Shown piece by piece: positions 25,792-35,937 of a DNA stretch of 64,000 nt; position 1 is the first letter of the stretch; each line of letters begins with the position of its first letter. Source of the DNA: a virus; the IMG/VR virus record IMGVR_UViG_3300025128_000015, positions 96,001-160,000 of that record. One strand, given 5' to 3'. Under the pieces are notes generated by a model that saw only the letters and a program-made list of their open reading frames with translations, ran no database searches and was not told the origin of the DNA. The position numbers and the translations under genes were made by a program.

Positions 25792-27120
25792 ATGGGTAGT
25801 ATATATGGAGCTGATGCATCTATCACTGGATCTCTTGCAGTTGATGGTGATATTGACTTAGGCAGTGGTGATGATGATATAAATGTTGATTCTGGAACTT
25901 TGTTTATTGATGCTGATAATAATAGAGTTGGAATAGGAACGTTAACGCCCGACTATACACTTGACGTGGTAGGCAATATTGGAGTAGATCAATATATTTA
26001 TCACAATGGAGATGGTAACACACTCATCAATTTTGCTGATGATAAAATAGTCCTCAAGGCTGGCGGAAAAGCGATGGTTACTATGGAGGAAAAAGGTTCT
26101 GCTCCTCACGATGTTACCATTAATGACGGAGGCAACAATGTTGACTTTATTGTTAAGGGCAACGGCTCCAACGAAGGAAATCCGCTTCTAATGTGTGATG
26201 CTTCTACCGGTAGAGTAGGAATCAACGGCGTAGGTTCTCCCGAATGTGAATTGCATGTTGATGGCGACGTTAAAATCGCTGCTAGCTCAGGAGACACCAG
26301 CTTGATTGTACAAGGTACACAAGACGTTACACTCGGATTGGTCGCAGATACCGACAACTCAGGAGGAGAAGATCAAAACCCTAGTCTTTATATGTCACAG
26401 GAAACTTCAACAGCCGGGGCCTATCAATTTCTAATGGGTTTAGAAGGAACTGCCAATTTAAGTTTTACAGGCTCGTATACTAATCAACCATTTATTCTTT
26501 CGTTAAATTCTGAGACTCATAACTCCCTTCGAACATTTCAAATTGCCACAGCAGATGGTAATGATGTTTCGTCTAGATTTTCTATCGCAACAGGTGGTAG
26601 GATAGCTATTGGAGATGCAGTCCAAGCTGCTGATGCTCGTTTACATATTAAAGAAACCGTTGGTGATATTTTCAAAATGGAAAATACTACTGCTTATGGA
26701 ATTACTTATGGTCAATTGGTAAAAGAAAGCTTAACTCTTACTGACGGTGGATCGCCTTTAGATACAACTTTAGATCTTCCTGCTGCTTCTATGATTACAG
26801 ACGTTCTGATAACAATCAAAACAGCCGGCGGTGGTACAGCACATACAATCGATAACGTTGCTTTAACATATGGTGGTTCAACATCTAATATCAAAGGATC
26901 TAGTTTTTCTGGTCTGAGCTTAATTAATAATCCTTCTCAAGGAGTTGCTGCAGGAACACAATATGTTGTAGGAAATACAGATCAAAGTTTTCCTGCCGGC
27001 CGAGCAACAATGCTGCTTGCTGGTACTGCAGACGTAAAACTAGTTTACACAGATACAAATATTACCACTGAACCTATCGTAGATGTTGTGGTATTCTATA
27101 AGAAATTTGATACATCTTAA
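25792..27120 (+). CDS. Putative structural/tail-fibre-like beta-rich protein
   Basis: NRVGIGT / GRVGING / GRIAIGD repeats, G/T/D-rich; SD GGGAG. Confidence 0.6.
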   Translation: MGSIYGADASITGSLAVDGDIDLGSGDDDINVDSGTLFIDADNNRVGIGTLTPDYTLDVVGNIGVDQYIYHNGDGNTLINFADDKIVLKAGGKAMVTMEEKGSAPHDVTINDGGNNVDFIVKGNGSNEGNPLLMCDASTGRVGINGVGSPECELHVDGDVKIAASSGDTSLIVQGTQDVTLGLVADTDNSGGEDQNPSLYMSQETSTAGAYQFLMGLEGTANLSFTGSYTNQPFILSLNSETHNSLRTFQIATADGNDVSSRFSIATGGRIAIGDAVQAADARLHIKETVGDIFKMENTTAYGITYGQLVKESLTLTDGGSPLDTTLDLPAASMITDVLITIKTAGGGTAHTIDNVALTYGGSTSNIKGSSFSGLSLINNPSQGVAAGTQYVVGNTDQSFPAGRATMLLAGTADVKLVYTDTNITTEPIVDVVVFYKKFDTS

Positions 27121-27171
27121 TAAAAGTTGTTTTTTTGTATTTTTTATATTTATTAGAGGAGCTTTGCTATA

Positions 27172-28158
27172 ATGTATACATGGAAAAAATTCATTGAAGA
27201 AACAAAAAAGGTCGACTTAGAGGGTTTTAAGTTTCAAGATACCTTAAACCCTAAAGTTTGGGACAGAAAGCATCTAAAATCTGATGTTCGCGATAAGTTA
27301 ATGGCAATTGCAACGGACTTTTTCGTTGGACTTGGCTTCGATGAGAAGTTAATAGACGATATAACCTTTACAGGATCACTGGCAAACTACAATTGGTCCA
27401 ATTATTCAGATGTTGACTTGCATATTTTGGTCGATTTTACAAAAATTGATGAAAACACAAAGTTAGTTGGTGAATTCTTTCGAGCAAAGACGTCAATTTG
27501 GAACCAAAAACACAATATTGAGATTTTTGGATTCGATGTAGAACTTTATGTACAAGATTCTAATGAACCACACATATCAACAGGCGTTTATTCTGTTCAA
27601 AATCGTGATTGGTTGAAAAAACCTTCTAAGTCAAAGCGTAAGATTGATCTAGAAACAGTAAAGATCAAAGCATTTTCTCTTATGGATCAGATTGAAAGGG
27701 CAGAAGACTTGTATGATAGCCAAGATTATCAAGAAGCAAAGGATTATGCAGTAAAATTGAAGGATAAGATCAAGAATTTGCGTCGAACAGGGCTTTACAC
27801 CGGTGGACAATACTCAATTGAGAACATTGTTTTCAAAGTATTGCGTAGAAACGGGTATTTGGGACAACTATTTGGTTTAATTGGTCGTTCTTACGACAAA
27901 ATCATGTCTCTTAACGGCAATTTTGAGAAAAAATTGAAAATTTACGTAAATAAAGGCGAAGAAAACGAAAATGATGGCTTTAATCGTCTAGAAGAAGAAG
28001 AAAAGTACCAAAAAAGGGTCAAATCGCGCCACAAAAGGCTGAAAACAGCCAATTTAGGGCACTCTGTAGGCATTAAAACCCCTAATAGTGGTCCATATAA
28101 CGAAGATCCAGAGCTAAAAAGGGCTAAATCAGCCCCTCCAGGTTTTGGGGGTTCTTGA
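27172..28158 (+). CDS. Pol-beta-superfamily nucleotidyltransferase with a class B tag
   Basis: TGS-x10-DVD (TGSLANYNWSNYSDVDLH) plus DVELYVQD; N-terminus MYTWKKFIEE. Confidence 0.8.
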   Translation: MYTWKKFIEETKKVDLEGFKFQDTLNPKVWDRKHLKSDVRDKLMAIATDFFVGLGFDEKLIDDITFTGSLANYNWSNYSDVDLHILVDFTKIDENTKLVGEFFRAKTSIWNQKHNIEIFGFDVELYVQDSNEPHISTGVYSVQNRDWLKKPSKSKRKIDLETVKIKAFSLMDQIERAEDLYDSQDYQEAKDYAVKLKDKIKNLRRTGLYTGGQYSIENIVFKVLRRNGYLGQLFGLIGRSYDKIMSLNGNFEKKLKIYVNKGEENENDGFNRLEEEEKYQKRVKSRHKRLKTANLGHSVGIKTPNSGPYNEDPELKRAKSAPPGFGGS

Positions 28159-28181
28159 TATAAAGCAAACTATTTATAGTT

Positions 28182-29459
28182 ATGGATTTTAAAATGGATA
28201 AAGAGTTCAAGATCAACAACCATACAGATATGGACGTTAACGGTTTATCTGGTGAAATTACTAGACTATATCCTTATGCAAAGGAAAAATTAGGTTTTGA
28301 TAAGCCAGTTATCATTAATTTGCTGTCTGATCCCAAAAATAGCAAGAACATCTTTGGAAAAACAGCTCAATATAGTCCCTCCGACATGACTATTGATATA
28401 TTTGTTGATGGCCGACATCCAAAAGACATATTACGTTCTTTATCACATGAATTAGTGCATCATTCACAAAATTGTAGAGGAGACTTTGATAATTTAGATT
28501 CTACAGGAGAAGGGTATGCACAAAAAAATCCTTTTTTAAGAAAATTGGAAGCTGAAGCCTATTTACTAGGCAACGGTTTGCTATTTCGCGACTTTGAAGA
28601 TATGAGGAAATCAAAAATGAAAACTAACGAAAACAAATTCAACTTAAGAGATATGATTAGAGGAGTTCTCAAAGAAACATTCAATAATACATCGATAGAA
28701 GAAGATGCTTATGAAGATGAGCCAATGGAAGAAGGTGAAGAACAAATCGAAGCTTTCGATGAAGCAAAATTACCAAAAAACTGGCGGAGCCTTCCAACAA
28801 ACCATCCTGCTAGAGTAGCATTCCGTAAAAAGTATCGTGCACGCGGGGCAAAAAGGTCCGCGAAAAGAAAATCTGGTGGACCTAAAGTTGCTAGAACCAT
28901 GAACTTTTCTGATAAAGAGGGTAGTGTAATTACAGCAAAACCAAGAAAAGGTAGAGAAATGAAATTTTCTGATAAAGAGGGTAGTGTAATTACAGCAAGA
29001 CCATCGAAAAGGCGTAGAAGAAAAGGTCAAAGAAGCAGTGATAAAATGAGCAATCTCGCAAAACTTTTAAAGCTAACGGAACCAGAAAAGATGTTTGCTA
29101 AAAAGGGTAGTAAACCAAAAGGACCAAGAAGTCCCGATGCCATGGATGCAGCTATGAAGGCAGCAGGTGTAACTAAGAAAGATAGGCAACCTGGATACAG
29201 TTTTGATACAAAGAAAATAGCTGGTAAAGGTGAAGATGCTAAGATTGCTAAAACCATGGATAGAGAAGTTGAAGGTGATCCTGGTGCTAATATATTGGCT
29301 CTCATGAAGAATAAGGGAGATGAGAAACCCAAACGAATGACGGCGGATCCGGTGAAAGATCAGCTTAGAGAAGCAAAAAATAATGTAGATAATCGAAATG
29401 ATAAAGAGTGGTACAATGACACTCTTTTCGAAAATCTCGTTAAAAAATGGACAAAGTAA
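28182..29459 (+). CDS. HExxH metallopeptidase-like domain plus basic modules
   Basis: RHPKDILRSLSHELVH; C-terminal TLFENLVKKWTK. Confidence 0.7.
   Translation: MDFKMDKEFKINNHTDMDVNGLSGEITRLYPYAKEKLGFDKPVIINLLSDPKNSKNIFGKTAQYSPSDMTIDIFVDGRHPKDILRSLSHELVHHSQNCRGDFDNLDSTGEGYAQKNPFLRKLEAEAYLLGNGLLFRDFEDMRKSKMKTNENKFNLRDMIRGVLKETFNNTSIEEDAYEDEPMEEGEEQIEAFDEAKLPKNWRSLPTNHPARVAFRKKYRARGAKRSAKRKSGGPKVARTMNFSDKEGSVITAKPRKGREMKFSDKEGSVITARPSKRRRRKGQRSSDKMSNLAKLLKLTEPEKMFAKKGSKPKGPRSPDAMDAAMKAAGVTKKDRQPGYSFDTKKIAGKGEDAKIAKTMDREVEGDPGANILALMKNKGDEKPKRMTADPVKDQLREAKNNVDNRNDKEWYNDTLFENLVKKWTK
28899..29003 (+). repeat. In-frame tandem duplication, 60-nt period
   Basis: TTTTCTGATAAAGAGGGTAGTGTAATTACAGCAA occurs twice (FSDKEGSVITA). 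Confidence 0.9.
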
Positions 29460-30230
29460 ATGGATCCCAACATTGTTAAAGTTGAAGCTGCAAATACGGA
29501 TGGTTATTTAACTTCTACAAACTCAAATTGGGCTACAGCTAAAGGTGCAGCATCTGGAGGTACCGGATCTGGCGATACTGATACTTCTGCCAATTATTTA
29601 GAGATAAAAGCTGTTTTAAGTAGCGGTGATTACATAATAAGAAGAGCATTTATGCATTTTTCCTTTTCTTCTTTTATTGTCGACGATATTTCTAGTATAA
29701 ATATTCATTTTGGTGGAATTACCGGATATGTTGGAGATAAAATCATATTTGTTCAAAGTACAGCGTTTGATGATGCATTAAGTGCTGCAGATTTTGATGC
29801 TATAGTAACAACATCGTCAGGTGTCTATTCTGGAGCTACTGGGCATACATTATTAGAAAATGCTAATACTGTTGCTTTAAATTCAAATGCAATAAGAGAT
29901 GCCAAGGCAAATAAAGTCCTCCAGGTAGCTATTTTAGATTTTACTCATGATCTTTCGAATTCGGCGCCGACAGGAACAAGTTCTGTTTCTAGGATTGCAT
30001 CAGCAAACTTTGCTGCTCCCTATCTTGTTGTTAACGGCGCATATACTGTAAAACAATCAGAACCAGCAAAATTTATAAATAAAGATGAATTTGTTGTTGA
30101 TCGATATAACTCTGATGTATTCGGCCGACAGTTTTCAAAAAACACTGATCAGACCTTGTTTAAAATGGGTATTGCAGGTCCCGCAAACCTTCGTGCAAGA
30201 AATACAGCTTATAAGGTAACAAAGGGCTAA
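29460..30230 (+). CDS. Putative structural protein
   Basis: A/S/T/G-rich beta-type composition; no motif recognised. Confidence 0.55.
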   Translation: MDPNIVKVEAANTDGYLTSTNSNWATAKGAASGGTGSGDTDTSANYLEIKAVLSSGDYIIRRAFMHFSFSSFIVDDISSINIHFGGITGYVGDKIIFVQSTAFDDALSAADFDAIVTTSSGVYSGATGHTLLENANTVALNSNAIRDAKANKVLQVAILDFTHDLSNSAPTGTSSVSRIASANFAAPYLVVNGAYTVKQSEPAKFINKDEFVVDRYNSDVFGRQFSKNTDQTLFKMGIAGPANLRARNTAYKVTKG

Positions 30231-30272
30231 AAACAACTAATTACTAATGTTATCAATCATTAAGGAGTATTT

Positions 30273-33077
30273 ATGGGTGGTGTAGCTGGACATATGAATC
30301 ATTTATATGATAACCCTAATCTCACATTTAGAGAGATGAAAAGAGTTATTATCGCTGCTAGTGAAGGTAAGCTTGAAGGTACAGAAAAGACAGACGGTCA
30401 AAATCTATTTATCACCTACGATATTCAAAGCCAAACAGCCAGAGCAGCTAGAAATAAGGGAAACCTTCGTTCAGGAGGTTTAGATGCAGCCGGATTGTCC
30501 GCTAAATTTGCTGGTCGTGGATCTGTAGAAGCAGCTTTTAACGATGCTTTCTCTATTTTTGAAAAAGCGGTTAGTAGTTTATCATTAGAAGAACAGCAAA
30601 GATTATTCCAGTCAGAAGGTCCTGAATCTCAAGTTTATTATAATGCTGAAATTCAAGATCCTAGAAACGCCAATGTTATCAATTATGATACCAAAACCTT
30701 AAATATTCACAGAGTTGGACATGTTTCTTACAATAGCCAAACCGGTGAGATCAAACAAACTGATTTGTCAAAAGAAGCTAACTATATTGAATCTGTTCTC
30801 AATAGAATGCAAGATGCTGTAAAAGATCAAAACTTTAGAATTCAAATGAATGCAATCCGCAATTTGCAAAGTTTATCTGATAAGAAACCAACATATAAAG
30901 CACTGCAATCTTTAGAAAATGCTATTAATGATGCTGGCATTAGTGATGAGCAAACTGTCAGCGATTATTTGGTCGCACGTATTATTCCGTCTATTAGAAA
31001 TACTATCGAACTCTCTCCAGAAAATGAAACCTTGCTTTTGAAAAAGATCTTGGGTTATAAAGGTATCAAAATAAACGATATTAAAAGAAATTTGGCACCT
31101 CAACAAAAACAAGCAGTTTCTGCAATTGCGAAAAGAGCGCCTGAATTGGCCAAGAACGCAATTCAACCAATTGAAGAGATTGTGCATGATTTTAGTGTAG
31201 AAATGTTAAGACATTTTGAAAGTATGTTCGTTCTAGATAACGAAAAAGAAGTTGATCGTTTAAGAGCGGAAGTTGACAGAGCAATTCGCTCAATTGAAGC
31301 ATCTGGTTCTGAAGAAGCAATTTCTATTCTTCAGCAGCAAATGAAGAAACTAAAAGCTCTAGATAACGTCACAACGGCTGCTGAAGGCTTTGTATTCGAT
31401 TATGACGGGGTTACCTATAAGTTTACCGGTAACTTCGCTCCTATCAACCAAATATTGGGGCTATTTAAGTATGGTCGAAAAGGTATCTCAATTGAACCTG
31501 TTGACGAAGATAATATGGACGAAATGTTGCAAAGTTTAAATGAAAACATTTTACAGAAAAAGGTTGCAATTAAGTTTGGAAATATGTCACACTATCATAC
31601 TCTAGAAAAGTGGCTTGGTATGACAAATAATCCAATCAACGAAGATAATGACTTTGTAGAAGTCAGATTATCAAATAATGAAATTGTTCCAGCTTTTAGT
31701 CACATTTTAAGCGAAGGACTTATCGAAAACAATATTTCTTTAGATAACTTACTGGCCGAAGATTTTACTGAAGAAGAAGGTAAAGCTGCTATTGAAGGAG
31801 CTATTAGGTATTATGCAAATGTTCTTTTCGAGCAAGAAATGCAAGCTCAATATGTTGTTATGATTCCTGGTGGATTTAAACCTCCCACTGCTGGTCATTA
31901 TAATATGATTAATCAATATGCACAACATCCTTCAGTAAAAGAGGTTATTGTTATTCAAGGTCCAAAAGACAGAGACGGAGTAACAAATACAGAATCTAAA
32001 GCAATATTCGAACTTTATGGTGGTTTTCCTAATAACGTTAAGTTTATGGTATCTAGATCAGAGGAAAAGACTCCTTTGGCGACAGCTTATGAACTAATGA
32101 AGGAAGAAAGTTTTGTTTTACAATTTAGCCCAGATACGATATTCTCAATAGGTGCTAGCTCTAAAGGGGGTGACGATAAGAGGGTACGAGAATTTGTAAG
32201 CTATTTTGATAGAACTGGTACTGCTTTGCAAAATATTAATATTGCGCCACCACCCTTTGTCGCTCCTGTATTTGAAAGAGATGGTATTCAATTAAGTGCT
32301 TCTACAATGAGAAAAGCTATGGCCGAAAATGATTTAGATATGGTTAAATTGCACCTTCCAGGTGACGAATATCTAAATGCTGTTTTACAGATTTTAGACT
32401 ACGATACAGAACAAAAAAAAACGATGGAAGAAGCACTAAATTTGACGGATTTATTTTCTTTGGTTGAATCTGTTATGAACGAGAAAAAGAAAACAAAGAA
32501 GAAAAAAGAAAAAGGACCAAAGATAGTGCGAGATAGGAGAATGCCTCTAACGTTTGATAACGACGGAGATGCTGAATTAGCAGTACAATATCAAAAGACT
32601 AAAACAAGAAATCCTAAAAAAGAACTTGTCGAGCAAGCTGAGCCTGGAATTCCTTTTGAGCAGGCAAAAGATGGATTTAAACAAACGTTTGATCAGGGCG
32701 GAATTCCAGCAGTAATGGAATTTTTAGGTGGAGGTGGACAATTCGGTCCAGGAGTAGAAGGTTTGAAAGGTTTTTTTGAACAGCAATCGCCTGCAGTTGA
32801 CAAAATTAATGATATATTAAGGTTAGTTGTAGGAGAATCTGAAGTTAACGAGACGTTTAATAAGTTTAGTTCACTTATTGGTAATGAATATGCGGCGAAG
32901 ACCGGACCTGTGGAAGAAAATGAAGATATCGATGAAGCATCCTCAATGGGAGGCGGAAATGTTGCAATTGGTGGAGTCGGGGGAAATGTTGACGAAGACG
33001 AGCCAAACGGACTAATTAGAGAAGAAGACGATATTATTGAAAGAATAATACACAAACTATCGACTGGAGAGTTTTAA
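30273..33077 (+). CDS. Ligase-like nucleotidyltransferase domain fused to a cytidylyltransferase-family (HIGH) domain
   Basis: EKTDG (motif I), YNAEI, EGFVF...YKF (IV/V); IPGGFKPPTAGH and LSASTMR. Confidence 0.7.
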   Translation: MGGVAGHMNHLYDNPNLTFREMKRVIIAASEGKLEGTEKTDGQNLFITYDIQSQTARAARNKGNLRSGGLDAAGLSAKFAGRGSVEAAFNDAFSIFEKAVSSLSLEEQQRLFQSEGPESQVYYNAEIQDPRNANVINYDTKTLNIHRVGHVSYNSQTGEIKQTDLSKEANYIESVLNRMQDAVKDQNFRIQMNAIRNLQSLSDKKPTYKALQSLENAINDAGISDEQTVSDYLVARIIPSIRNTIELSPENETLLLKKILGYKGIKINDIKRNLAPQQKQAVSAIAKRAPELAKNAIQPIEEIVHDFSVEMLRHFESMFVLDNEKEVDRLRAEVDRAIRSIEASGSEEAISILQQQMKKLKALDNVTTAAEGFVFDYDGVTYKFTGNFAPINQILGLFKYGRKGISIEPVDEDNMDEMLQSLNENILQKKVAIKFGNMSHYHTLEKWLGMTNNPINEDNDFVEVRLSNNEIVPAFSHILSEGLIENNISLDNLLAEDFTEEEGKAAIEGAIRYYANVLFEQEMQAQYVVMIPGGFKPPTAGHYNMINQYAQHPSVKEVIVIQGPKDRDGVTNTESKAIFELYGGFPNNVKFMVSRSEEKTPLATAYELMKEESFVLQFSPDTIFSIGASSKGGDDKRVREFVSYFDRTGTALQNINIAPPPFVAPVFERDGIQLSASTMRKAMAENDLDMVKLHLPGDEYLNAVLQILDYDTEQKKTMEEALNLTDLFSLVESVMNEKKKTKKKKEKGPKIVRDRRMPLTFDNDGDAELAVQYQKTKTRNPKKELVEQAEPGIPFEQAKDGFKQTFDQGGIPAVMEFLGGGGQFGPGVEGLKGFFEQQSPAVDKINDILRLVVGESEVNETFNKFSSLIGNEYAAKTGPVEENEDIDEASSMGGGNVAIGGVGGNVDEDEPNGLIREEDDIIERIIHKLSTGEF

Positions 33078-33078
33078 A

Positions 33079-33969
33079 ATGACGATTGAAAGAGAACAAT
33101 TACTCGAAGAAATGAAGCTTCGAAAAATCATTAGAAAAGGCATCAATGTTATCAAAGAACGAAAAGCTGATGAAACATATGCTCAACAAATTAATGAATG
33201 GAAATTACGTAAACTAGTAAGAAAAATGCTGCTTAATGAAAAGATGGCTCCATCTGGAAATCACAGATCTACTGGTATTGCTAAACTCTCTAAATTTCTC
33301 CATGGTGCAATTGAAACATTAGAAGATGATTACAAAGAATTAAAAACAGAGCCGGCCCAAAGAGAAGCATTTAGGGTTTATATTCTCCACAACGTTGAAA
33401 AAACACTGGCTCCGGAGAAATTAAATGCTGAAGCTGGTGAAAAAGATTTTGAGTTAAGAGAAGATCTAGAAGAAGATAAAGTCAATATGTCAATCGATAC
33501 GTCTGGAGATGATGAAAAAGACTTAGACGCACCTGAAAATGACCCTATGTTTATCGATATTCCTAGAAAGAGTGATAAGAATAAAGAAGATCCAAAAAAA
33601 TCCAAAGAAGATCAAGAAATGGAAGATTTTGGAAGAGGATTAGAAGATCGTGGATTAGATGATACTGGACGTATTGAGGCAAAAGCAACGTTTGATCAAC
33701 TCTTCAAAAATCAATTAGTTTCTGCCTATAATAACCTAGCTAATGAAAGTGATAAGAACATATTTTATGATTATTTAATTGCTAATCTTAAACTTTATTT
33801 TGATAAATTTGAAGCTGAGATGCAAAAAGATATAGAAGAACCAGAGTCGGAAATCTACCAACAACAAAAAGCAGGCGGTGAACCAGCACCATCAGCAGCT
33901 CCGGCCCCTTTAGAAGAAAGTATTAAATTTAAATTAGATATAAGTTCTTTAAAGAATTTAATTAAATAA
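33079..33969 (+). CDS. Acidic hypothetical protein with tag-like N-terminal helices
   Basis: LLEEMKLRKIIRKG, KLRKLVRKMLLNE; SD GGAG. Confidence 0.75.
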   Translation: MTIEREQLLEEMKLRKIIRKGINVIKERKADETYAQQINEWKLRKLVRKMLLNEKMAPSGNHRSTGIAKLSKFLHGAIETLEDDYKELKTEPAQREAFRVYILHNVEKTLAPEKLNAEAGEKDFELREDLEEDKVNMSIDTSGDDEKDLDAPENDPMFIDIPRKSDKNKEDPKKSKEDQEMEDFGRGLEDRGLDDTGRIEAKATFDQLFKNQLVSAYNNLANESDKNIFYDYLIANLKLYFDKFEAEMQKDIEEPESEIYQQQKAGGEPAPSAAPAPLEESIKFKLDISSLKNLIK

Positions 33970-33996
33970 TTTAGTTAATGAAGTTATTATAAGTTA

Positions 33997-34365
33997 ATGT
34001 GGAAAAGAAAAAGAAGAAGATATAATAACGTTAACAACGTTAATGAGTATTATTCTATCATAAATAAATTAAAGAGTCAAGAAAAAATTACAGATGAATT
34101 TGAAATTATGGTTTCTTCTTTAACTTTCGAGGAGTTAATAGGTCTCAGACTTGAACTGGCCGCTAAATCTGTCAACCATAAATTATTTGGTTTTAAGATA
34201 TGGCTCAGTTTACCTAATATTATTAAAGATGCTGTACTTAAATATACCTACTCAGCTGCTAGAACAAATGGTGAAGCCGCTTCTTTTTTAGGAATATCAA
34301 AAAATGATTATAATCGATATTTGAAAAAGTTCAAGATAAAAGAGTATTTCAGTAAAGAAAACTAA
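33997..34365 (+). CDS. Protein with a C-terminal Fis-like helix-turn-helix
   Basis: AARTNGEAASFLGISKNDYNRYLKKF. Confidence 0.5.
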   Translation: MWKRKRRRYNNVNNVNEYYSIINKLKSQEKITDEFEIMVSSLTFEELIGLRLELAAKSVNHKLFGFKIWLSLPNIIKDAVLKYTYSAARTNGEAASFLGISKNDYNRYLKKFKIKEYFSKEN

Positions 34366-34392
34366 TTACTATTATAATATCAGGTACCTAAT

Positions 34393-35883
34393 ATGAATAT
34401 TGATGAGATTTTAAAAACTTGGAAAGAGTTCGAAAAGCTGACTGAGCAAAAGTATCAGTCTGTATTTGGAGATGAGTTTAAACTCAAGATGCCATCGACA
34501 GGTGATAAGCTTAAGTTAGATCTTCCAAAAGAACCAGCCCAAGCGCCGGCAAAACTAGCTATTAAGCCAGAACCAGTCCTTCCAAAAGAACCAACGCCAG
34601 ATTGGAAATCAGATATAAAAGCGGATATGGCAGAGCCTAGAGGCAAAATATCAGACGCTGAAAGGCTCGCAAGAAGAAAAGAAATTTCAGATCTCCCAGT
34701 TAAAGTTTCTGATTATGAATCAAGGGTTAAAGGAAAAGAAAGATTAAAATTTCAATACGCAGATGATCCTATAGATTATGACACTGGAAAGATAACAAAA
34801 AAAGGAAGAATATCTAGACGCTTTAAGTCTCTAAAAGATACCGGGTTTCGATTTAAAGATTTTTACAATGCAATTGACAATCCAGAAATGAAAGATATAC
34901 GAAAAATTCTTGGCAGAGAAGATAGAAGATTTGGTAGAAGACACGGAAAAGCAATGAAAGCATATGTTAATAAAATTGGCACATTCGAAGCAAGTCGAAA
35001 TTTAGGTGTTGATGAATTAACGTTGAAAAAAATGTTTCTTCCAAAAAATAAAAGAAACGACCCAAATTTAAAAAACTGGGCAAGGAATGAAGGCGGCATG
35101 CTAGCAGTTCCTAATAAATTTATTAAAAGAGCAACAAAATTAGGTGTTAAGTATGGCGCTATCACACCAGAGCAAGCTAAAAATTTGATAAGAGGGGGTA
35201 TGAATTATGATCCTCGAACAGGGTATTCTAACTATGGTGGGGAACTTAGTGATGAACTTCCCGGCATTGGAACTGATAATTTAGCTCTTAATGCAGTGGC
35301 TAGATTAGCCGCAAGATATGCGGCCAGAGGTTATAATGCATCAAAACATAGAGATAGGACTGGTCATGATTTCCATGCCGCGGCCCCTCAAGTTGTTAGT
35401 GCACAAATTAAATATCTTAAATCAAGAATCAAAGCCGGTAAAGCTTCCGCAATGAAGGCACCTCCGGGAGGCGATTATAAAGGAAAGTATAAAAGAGATT
35501 ATAATGTTGCTCGACAACTAATGAAAGATTATGGCTCTTTAACAGCATATTTACGTAGTGAAAGAGAATATGGTAGTACAGCTAGAGAGTCTCTACCTCC
35601 TAGAGTACGTAAGATGTTTTCTAAAATGTCACTAGATCAGACGCTAGGCAATCGAGCTTTAGAAATAGCAAAAAATCCTAAATACACATTAGACCAGTTA
35701 GTTGATATGAGGAAAAACAGATCTGGACCTGAAGGCTTAAAAACTTCTAGTAAACTAAGAAGAAGACAAGCGCTATTAGATAGAGCAATTGCGTTACGTC
35801 AAGGGGCCGCAACCGGACAAAGAAGAGTAAAATTACCTGGTGGGTTGATCGATTTTGATTCGAAGGGAATATTAACAAAATAA
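34393..35883 (+). CDS. Tagged basic hypothetical protein
   Basis: MNIDEILKTWKEFEKLTE. Confidence 0.75.
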   Translation: MNIDEILKTWKEFEKLTEQKYQSVFGDEFKLKMPSTGDKLKLDLPKEPAQAPAKLAIKPEPVLPKEPTPDWKSDIKADMAEPRGKISDAERLARRKEISDLPVKVSDYESRVKGKERLKFQYADDPIDYDTGKITKKGRISRRFKSLKDTGFRFKDFYNAIDNPEMKDIRKILGREDRRFGRRHGKAMKAYVNKIGTFEASRNLGVDELTLKKMFLPKNKRNDPNLKNWARNEGGMLAVPNKFIKRATKLGVKYGAITPEQAKNLIRGGMNYDPRTGYSNYGGELSDELPGIGTDNLALNAVARLAARYAARGYNASKHRDRTGHDFHAAAPQVVSAQIKYLKSRIKAGKASAMKAPPGGDYKGKYKRDYNVARQLMKDYGSLTAYLRSEREYGSTARESLPPRVRKMFSKMSLDQTLGNRALEIAKNPKYTLDQLVDMRKNRSGPEGLKTSSKLRRRQALLDRAIALRQGAATGQRRVKLPGGLIDFDSKGILTK

Positions 35884-35937
35884 TTATTTACATTTATAAA
35901 AATGTATCTATATTTACTAATAGGCTCTTTAAAATAT

